Of a stretch of DNA of 64,000 nt, positions 57,815-64,000 are shown one piece after another (positions within the stretch are counted from its first letter, which is position 1; every line of letters begins with the position of its first letter). The position numbers and the translations under genes were made by a program. The notes below the pieces were generated by a model. The model saw nothing but the letters and a program-made list of their open reading frames with translations. It had not been told where the DNA came from and did no database searches. Origin of the DNA: Candidatus Enterousia sp. (lineage in GTDB: Bacteria; Pseudomonadota; Alphaproteobacteria; Rs-D84); NCBI GenBank assembly GCA_045630455.1, contig JAZQTD010000048.1, positions 1,828 to 65,827 on the forward strand. Reading direction: 5' to 3'.

Positions 57815-58358
57815 ATATCTTTCTGATACTAAATTCGCAACCGCAATAATTTTGTCGGTAAAAGTCAGATTCGCGGTTAATTTGCACTCTTAAATTTTCA
57901 TCCCATTTTAGTGGTAAATATTCAATATTATCACATACACTTTGGGCGGCACTGTCAACCTGAGATTGGTCTTTGTGTCGGGATACACCCAGTACACTTG
58001 CAATTGCGTTGTATCCATTTTTGCGGGCAAATTTTACCGCGCGCCGGAAACGATATTCAAAACATAAACTGCATCGCGCACCACGTTCGGGTGCGTTTTC
58101 AAATCCACGTACCGCCGCGCGCCACGCATCGTGATCATATTCCAGAACCGCATATTTTGCGCCAACACTTTCACAGTATCTAATCTGTTCTGCCATACGT
58201 TTGGTGTATTCAGATTCTGGAAAAATATTAGGGTTATAAAACAGAACAATAAAATCATCAACGTTTTCAATTTCACCGTCTGCTAATTGCTTAATTGCGC
58301 CCACAGAACAAGGGGCGCAACAAGATAATAACACAAGACGTAATTTTGTATTACTCAT
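57813..58358 (-). CDS. queH: Epoxyqueuosine reductase QueH (DUF208)
   Basis: CCAPCS, FYNPNIFPESEY, C.LC...R and YRQNYCGCEFS motifs. Confidence 0.8.
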   Translation of the reverse strand: MSNTKLRLVLLSCCAPCSVGAIKQLADGEIENVDDFIVLFYNPNIFPESEYTKRMAEQIRYCESVGAKYAVLEYDHDAWRAAVRGFENAPERGARCSLCFEYRFRRAVKFARKNGYNAIASVLGVSRHKDQSQVDSAAQSVCDNIEYLPLKWDENLRVQINRESDFYRQNYCGCEFSIRKI

Positions 58359-58694
58359 TTATTTGCAGTTTCTGTATATCTGATGTGTATGCAATTTAAT
58401 CGCGCGATTAACAACCTTTTGTGCGGTTTCAATTTCTGAGATAGAATGTGTTATCACAGTAATATCCAGCGTATTTTTATCAGAACTTTTATATTCTACA
58501 TTTGGTAAACGTTCTAAAATATAAGTTGCCAATTTGCATTTGCCACTTATTTGACACACAGGAACAAAGTTTGGTTTGTTAAACTTTTGTGCTGTTTGTC
58601 TGCAATGTTTGCACTTCATATTGGCGCGTGTTAAACAGTCCATTGATGCAGGTGCTGTCTTGATAGATATTTTTATATTTTTATATGGTGTCAT
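58359..58694 (-). CDS. Hypothetical 111-aa Cys-containing protein
   Basis: C-x7-C-x2-C-x15-C-QISGK-C. 12 nt after the metG stop; its stop abuts the queH start. Confidence 0.5.
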   Translation of the reverse strand: MTPYKNIKISIKTAPASMDCLTRANMKCKHCRQTAQKFNKPNFVPVCQISGKCKLATYILERLPNVEYKSSDKNTLDITVITHSISEIETAQKVVNRAIKLHTHQIYRNCK

Positions 58695-58706
58695 TTTTTT
58701 ACCTTC

Positions 58707-60698
58707 TTATTTTACAAATACATCACCAACGATTAAGTTATTACCCAATTCAATAATATTTTTATTGTCATTGCCAATCCCCAGTTCAGCAGCACCGCAC
58801 ATCATCCCATATGATTCAGTACCTGCAACAGTGCGCTGGGTGATTGGCTTTTTCATTGTTGGTAATATACAACCAACCGGTGCCAGTACACTAATCATCC
58901 CGGCGCGCACATTTGGTGCGGCGCATACAACTTGTGCTGGTTTTTCTGCGCCATATTCAACGGTTAAAATGTGCAAATCTTCGCGTGATGGATGATTTTC
59001 AACCGATACGATTTTTGCAACAACCGGCTTTGGTGTGTTGTCTTCTTTTTTTGGTGCGTATTTTTCAGTCAGTTTTGCAACTGTTTCCTCATCAATACGG
59101 TTAAACAAGTTTTCAGGTACAACAAATTCTGCACCATCTTTAATGCGGCGTTCAAATGTTGTTGACCACGATAAATCATGTTTATCGGCGAATACATTTT
59201 GCATTTTTTCAGAGGCAGTTGGGATGAATGGTGCAGATACACGTGCATATAAATCGATTAATTGGAAACATTCGTTCAGTGCCGCACCTGCACCATCTGT
59301 GTCGCCATTTTTAACCAATGTCCATGGTTCATGCTTGGTCATATATTCATTACCAATTGCGTATAGTCCACGCAGCGCAGCAATCGCCGCACGGAATTCA
59401 CACGCATCCAATGCATTTGTTAATTCCGCTAATTTTTCATTAATCTGTGATTCAAGTTCAGTGTTCATCGCACCCGCACTTGGAACATTGTTTCCAAAAT
59501 TCTTGGCGGTTAACTTGCATACACGCGAAACAAAGTTCCCCAACATACCGTTTAAGTCTTTGTTTACAATATCTGCAAAGCGTGCGATTGTAAAATCGGT
59601 ATCGTCTGTTTCAGGGGCACTTGCCAACAAAGCATACCGCCACGCATCCGCCGGTGCTTCATTGATTGCAGCGTCCAAGAAAATTCCACGCTTTTGTGAT
59701 TTTGAGAATTTTCCTCCTTCGAAATTAAGGAAATTCATACCCTTTAACATATCAACAGTTTTCCAATTATCGTTCATCGCTAACTGTTGTTCTGGGAAAA
59801 ATACAGAATGGAATTTAACGTTGTCTTTGCCCATGAATTGTGCATAATGCGTGTCTAGATTTTTCCACCAATCTGCCCAGTTTTCATTTGCGTATTGTGA
59901 AATTGAAACATACCCCCACGGTGCATCAAACCAAACATAGAAAACTTTGTTTTCATATCCTGGTTTATTCACTGGAATACCCCATGGCAAATCACGAGTA
60001 ATTGATGTGTCGCGCAACCCTTCGTTTGCCCAGCCACGTGCAATTGCAGCGGCTGATTTAGACCATTTTGGCGCGTGTGTGGCCAGCCACTCTTTCCACT
60101 TATCCTCAATCTTGGATGCTAAAAAGAACAGGTTTTTTGTAGCGCGTGCTTCGATTTTATCGCTGCCTGAAATTGCACTGCGTGGGTTGATTAATTCAGT
60201 TGCTTCGTACGTTGCGCTGCATTTATCGCATTGGTCGCCACGTGCGTTTTCATATCCACATTTTGGGCATGTTCCCAGCAACTGACGGTCGGCCAAGAAC
60301 ATATCGTCATCAACCGAAAACGGCTGAATTGTTTCGCGTTCTTCGATTAAGCCCTGTTCATCCAGACGTGCAAATAATTCGTGGATTAATTTTTCCTGCT
60401 TTTCTGTATGTGTACGACCGTATAAATCAAAAGACAGGTTAAAATCACGTACGGCACGCAAATGCTTTTCATAATACTTATTATTATATTCGATAATCGG
60501 CATCCCTTCGGCGGCAGCACCAACAACAGCGGGCGTTCCGTGTTCATCTGCGCCACAAATAAATAAAACATCACGACCACACGCACGGCAAAAGCGGGCG
60601 TAAACGTCACTTGGTAAATAACAGCCAATCAAATGCCCCAAGTGTAATTCGCCATTCACATACGGTAACGCAGATGTAATTAAATATTTTTTTGCCAT
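58707..60698 (-). CDS. metG: Methionine--tRNA ligase
   Basis: HIGH region (PYVNGELHLGHL), zinc knuckle CPKCGYENARGDQCDKC, KFSKS, C-terminal Trbp111/EMAP-like tRNA-binding domain. Confidence 0.9.
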   Translation of the reverse strand: MAKKYLITSALPYVNGELHLGHLIGCYLPSDVYARFCRACGRDVLFICGADEHGTPAVVGAAAEGMPIIEYNNKYYEKHLRAVRDFNLSFDLYGRTHTEKQEKLIHELFARLDEQGLIEERETIQPFSVDDDMFLADRQLLGTCPKCGYENARGDQCDKCSATYEATELINPRSAISGSDKIEARATKNLFFLASKIEDKWKEWLATHAPKWSKSAAAIARGWANEGLRDTSITRDLPWGIPVNKPGYENKVFYVWFDAPWGYVSISQYANENWADWWKNLDTHYAQFMGKDNVKFHSVFFPEQQLAMNDNWKTVDMLKGMNFLNFEGGKFSKSQKRGIFLDAAINEAPADAWRYALLASAPETDDTDFTIARFADIVNKDLNGMLGNFVSRVCKLTAKNFGNNVPSAGAMNTELESQINEKLAELTNALDACEFRAAIAALRGLYAIGNEYMTKHEPWTLVKNGDTDGAGAALNECFQLIDLYARVSAPFIPTASEKMQNVFADKHDLSWSTTFERRIKDGAEFVVPENLFNRIDEETVAKLTEKYAPKKEDNTPKPVVAKIVSVENHPSREDLHILTVEYGAEKPAQVVCAAPNVRAGMISVLAPVGCILPTMKKPITQRTVAGTESYGMMCGAAELGIGNDNKNIIELGNNLIVGDVFVK

Positions 60699-60818
60699 TT
60701 TTTATGCCTTTTTATTTATCTTGGAAATTATAAACCATATTTTACGCAAATCAATATTTATAAAAATATCTTGTAATGGCACGATTTTGTGATACTTTTC
60801 AAAAAAAGAGGTTAACTG

Positions 60819-61184
60819 ATGAAAAGAATTTTACACAAATTACCATTGTCTGTTGTTGCGGGGTTGTGCCTGATGGGATGTGGCGGAAATCGTACAAATA
60901 ACACAGATAATTTATATTCAGAATCCAATGATTATAAAATTGATACAGTTTACGTATTAAATACACACCCAAGCACGTATACAACCAGTGCGCGTTTATG
61001 GGCAACTGATAAATCAGGAACTGATTTTCAATGCAGTTTTTCTTTAGAGGATGATACTGTTATGCCTCAGACCGGTGATATTGTTATTTTAGCGTCCAGA
61101 CCAAATGATTTGTTAGATAATTACAAAATTATAAAAAACATCACCGCTGAAAAACGCAAATCAGAATATATGAAAAGTAAATAA
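60819..61184 (+). CDS. Hypothetical lipoprotein
   Basis: Lipobox LMGCGG after a signal-like helix. RBS AAGAGG. Confidence 0.55.
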   Translation: MKRILHKLPLSVVAGLCLMGCGGNRTNNTDNLYSESNDYKIDTVYVLNTHPSTYTTSARLWATDKSGTDFQCSFSLEDDTVMPQTGDIVILASRPNDLLDNYKIIKNITAEKRKSEYMKSK

Positions 61185-61210
61185 AAACACCGGCATTTGC
61201 CGGTGTTTTT
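61183..61210. terminator. Bidirectional intrinsic terminator (AAAAACACCGGC-ATTT-GCCGGTGTTTTT)
   Basis: Between the convergent lipoprotein gene and the OmpA-family gene. Confidence 0.7.
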
Positions 61211-61216
61211 GTGTTT

Positions 61217-61864
61217 TTATTTATTTGGAATAATTTTAATTTCAACACGACGGTTTTGTGCGCGTCCCGCGGCATCTGCATTTGATGCAATTGGATTAGA
61301 CGACCCCATACCCATTACTTCAAATCGTGATGCTTTGACACCCTGGCCCTGCAGGTATGCCGCAACCGATTGTGCGCGTGATTTAGATAAGGCCAGATTG
61401 TAATCTGCGCTGCCTGTGCTGTCTGTGTGTCCTGAAACCAGAACAGTTGAATTTGAATATTTATTCAAAACCTTGGCCACAGAATTTAACACAGCATAAA
61501 AGTTAGAATTAATATCTGCGGAATCTGTCTGGAACGTGATGTTGCCCGGCATAATCAAGCGAATATTATCATCAGATTCTACAACCTGAACACCGGTTGA
61601 TGCCAATTCTTGGCGTAATTCTGCCGCTTGGACGTCTAAATAATAACCTGTACCCGCGCCCAGTGCAGCGCCAGCCAGACCCCCAACCAGTGCGCCTTTG
61701 CCACTGTTGCCGGCAACCAATGCACCTGTGGCAGCGCCGGTGGCTGCGCCAATTGCTGTTCCCCACACAGTTTTAGAAGTCTGAGTTTGACCCGTGTATG
61801 GGTTAACAGTTGTACAACCAGCTAAAAAAGCAACCAATGCACCACAAATAACTAACTTTTTCAT
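61217..61864 (-). CDS. OmpA-family lipoprotein with glycine-zipper segment
   Basis: Lipobox LAGCTT. Gly-zipper GTAIGAATGAATGALVAG..GALVGGLAGAALGAGTG. OmpA_C motifs (GHTDSTGSADYNLALSKSRAQSV, NRRVEI). Confidence 0.8.
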   Translation of the reverse strand: MKKLVICGALVAFLAGCTTVNPYTGQTQTSKTVWGTAIGAATGAATGALVAGNSGKGALVGGLAGAALGAGTGYYLDVQAAELRQELASTGVQVVESDDNIRLIMPGNITFQTDSADINSNFYAVLNSVAKVLNKYSNSTVLVSGHTDSTGSADYNLALSKSRAQSVAAYLQGQGVKASRFEVMGMGSSNPIASNADAAGRAQNRRVEIKIIPNK

Positions 61865-61910
61865 CTTTTCTCCCTTTTTGTATTAGTGTTTTTATCTTAT
61901 ACCATAAATT

Positions 61911-62936
61911 TTAGAACGTCAATCGCATCCCCGCTGAAACAAAAGGCGTCTTTGACGTTATCCCCAGTGACATCCAACCATCGACATTTGCACTGTATTT
62001 ATATCGGAAAGAACCAATAACCATATGGTCTATAAAATCATCTACGTCACGATTCCAGATGCCGGTATCAGAAAACATATATGTCAAAGATACACTGTAT
62101 TGCAATAAATCATAACTGACCCCGGTGCCGGCGACTATACCATCAGAAACCGGTCCAATAGGATTGTTGTCATAAATAACACGTGCGGTTGTACCCCAAA
62201 TCCAGCTGTTGTATTGAATGTTCATACCCGCTGTGAATTGGGTACGTGAATCGGCGGTCACCGCCGGTGCATAGACATCTGTGCTGAAACCACGTGGGTT
62301 ATCCATAAAAGACGCGCCCAGTGAAAACGCACTTTTAACCTTTCCGTCTGATTTACGGATTTTTAGCCCACCATCAACTGTGAAATCAAAATCGTCTGTT
62401 AACCCCGCCACAGATAATCCGTATTGCGCGCCGTCTATTTGACTGGTGGCGACATTCATACGTAATGCACCACGGCCCGTGGTTAATGTAGTGTCCGAGA
62501 TAACGGGGCCGTCTGGCACAATCTTTTTATGAAAAATCGGGCGATCGTTTATGCGCAGCCCCCCAACGTCTGGTAACCCAACACCTAATTTTCGTGCAAT
62601 AGAATCTGTGAATCCAACCTCAATCCGCCCCAAGTGTTTTACCTGATAAAAACCAAACGCTTCGCGGAAAGCCTTGCCGTCTTCGGTTGCAGCAGCATCG
62701 ATTGAATATACCCCCCCGAATTTATGGTTGTCGTTCGCATTAAAGTCTATTTCCCCGCGTACACGCCAATCCCCGATAAACAGCGGTGTTTCAAAGTCTG
62801 GCTGAATAATTCCGCCTGTACCATAGCCGGTTAATTTAAAATCGAATTTATCTGTATTATATTCCAGCGCGTGCGCCGATGCACCCGACAGTACCGCACC
62901 AATTACCACGGCACAAATTTTACTATAAAATCCCAT
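61911..62936 (-). CDS. Outer-membrane beta-barrel porin-like protein
   Basis: Signal peptide ending SAHA, alternating beta-strand pattern, C-terminal ..GMRLTF. Confidence 0.6.
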   Translation of the reverse strand: MGFYSKICAVVIGAVLSGASAHALEYNTDKFDFKLTGYGTGGIIQPDFETPLFIGDWRVRGEIDFNANDNHKFGGVYSIDAAATEDGKAFREAFGFYQVKHLGRIEVGFTDSIARKLGVGLPDVGGLRINDRPIFHKKIVPDGPVISDTTLTTGRGALRMNVATSQIDGAQYGLSVAGLTDDFDFTVDGGLKIRKSDGKVKSAFSLGASFMDNPRGFSTDVYAPAVTADSRTQFTAGMNIQYNSWIWGTTARVIYDNNPIGPVSDGIVAGTGVSYDLLQYSVSLTYMFSDTGIWNRDVDDFIDHMVIGSFRYKYSANVDGWMSLGITSKTPFVSAGMRLTF

Positions 62937-62940
62937 ACCC

Positions 62941-63852
62941 CTACCCTTGACTTTCTTTTAATATCGCATCGCGAAGTTTGTTGTATGCGCGTTCTTCGAT
63001 TTGTCGCACGCGTTCACGTGAAATACCATACTTTTGCGACAAAGATTCCAGTGTAGCCACCGGATCTGCCAGACGGCGCGCCTTTAAGATTTCGCGGTCA
63101 CGTTCTGGTAATGCATCCAAGTGTTTGCGCAACATTTCATATCCACGACGGCGGAATTCTATTCTTTCCAGTGATTCTTCGATACTGGTTCGTCCATCTG
63201 GTAAATTAGACAATATGTCTGTAGAGCCTTCGTCCCCCACGTGCGCCGGCGAATTCAGTGATACGTCACGCGCCCCAACACGTGTCGCCATACGTTTTAC
63301 ATCGTTTTCTGGCACGTCCAAGTATTCTGCGATTTGCTGTGCCTGTTCATCACTAAGATTATTATCCATAATCCCCAGCGCGCGTTTTGCGCGTGCCAGA
63401 TTAAAGAACACACGCTTTTGATTTGCAGATGTTCCGATTTTTACAATTGACCAGTTGTTAAGAATTGTTTCATAAATCTCGGCCCGCACCCAAAACATTG
63501 CGTATGTAGAAAATCTGAACCCTTTTTCTGGGTCGAATTTTTGTAATGCCTGCATTAATCCCATATTACCACTGGCGATTAAATCGCCAACCGGAATACC
63601 ATAGTTTTTGAAATCATATGCCACCGACACCACCATTTTCAGGTGTGATGCAACCAACTTTTCCCCAGCGCGCTGGTCATGATTTTTAACCCATTGGGTG
63701 GCGCATTCATATTCTTCTTCGGCAGAGAGTATAGGAATCTTTTGCACAGTTTGAATATACTGGGCCAAGCCATTTTCATCACTGACCCCACGGGCAGCGA
63801 CCAGTGAAGTGTTTGTTTGTGCTGGTAATGTGTTCTTGATTTGCTTTTTCAT
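62941..63852 (-). CDS. rpoH: RNA polymerase sigma-32 factor
   Basis: Sigma70 regions 2-4 and the RpoH box QKRVFFNLARAKR. Confidence 0.9.
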   Translation of the reverse strand: MKKQIKNTLPAQTNTSLVAARGVSDENGLAQYIQTVQKIPILSAEEEYECATQWVKNHDQRAGEKLVASHLKMVVSVAYDFKNYGIPVGDLIASGNMGLMQALQKFDPEKGFRFSTYAMFWVRAEIYETILNNWSIVKIGTSANQKRVFFNLARAKRALGIMDNNLSDEQAQQIAEYLDVPENDVKRMATRVGARDVSLNSPAHVGDEGSTDILSNLPDGRTSIEESLERIEFRRRGYEMLRKHLDALPERDREILKARRLADPVATLESLSQKYGISRERVRQIEERAYNKLRDAILKESQG

Positions 63853-63906
63853 AACTTTTATAGTATATCATAATTTGATAATTATCAAGCACAGGAGATT
63901 TATAAA

Positions 63907-64000
63907 ATGTCATCAATCTTATCAAGAAACCAAAAAGTTGCCCCAAAAAAGAAAACGCACCAGGAACACGCTGAAGACGCCCTTTATCGCGAAGTATGGG
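63907..64000 (+). CDS. 5' fragment of an unidentified ORF running off the window
   Basis: The ATG lies 9 nt after AGGAG. The frame is open to nt 64000 (MSSILSRNQKVAPKKKTHQEHAEDALYREVW...). Confidence 0.3.
   Translation, partial: MSSILSRNQKVAPKKKTHQEHAEDALYREVW

Overview
Visibly AT-rich, gene-dense chromosomal segment with very short or overlapping gene junctions. By gene content it reads like a reduced-genome alphaproteobacterium, possibly Rickettsiales/Holosporales-like; this is an inference from the alpha-type bL36, DUF721/DciA, RpoH, a long eukaryote-like IleRS and scattered vir genes. About 70 protein genes are supported. Most are housekeeping: lolC-lolD, secB, mltA, dciA, ruvC, ung, gyrB, lpxC/lpxK, ychF, dnaG, topA, rodA-mrdA-mreD-mreC, rpmI-rplT-pheST, rsmE, xseB, mutS, truB, rpsO, nth, ileS, mnmG, fabG/fabD, queH, metG and rpoH. 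There are four tRNAs (Met/Ile2-CAU, Thr-GGU, fMet, Thr-CGU) and an rpmJ gene too short for the ORF track. Accessory content: (i) an orphan four-gene type IVb pilus assembly core in R64 pilOPQR / bfpCUDE order, with no pilin, secretin or prepilin peptidase nearby; (ii) virB3-virB4 followed by a secreted HExxH protein; (iii) a solitary virD4/traG coupling protein. The least explained items: (a) a dispersed family of small cysteine-rich proteins with core C-[PK]-x4-5-[DNG]-G-[RKL]-C; some are wedged between an aminoacyl-tRNA synthetase gene and an Fe-S enzyme gene. (b) A three-gene secreted cluster that shuffles a two-Cys module and a 43-residue six-Cys domain ending GGDCFPPIK. (c) A tRNA 3'-end duplication enclosing a short structured insert. 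(d) A promoter-plus-terminator unit predicting a ~120-nt sRNA. (e) Stereotyped bidirectional terminator hairpins. (f) A phased heptamer repeat cluster upstream of virB3. No rRNA, CRISPR array, transposase or integrase was seen. All calls come from reading the sequence and translations by eye; no database search was run.
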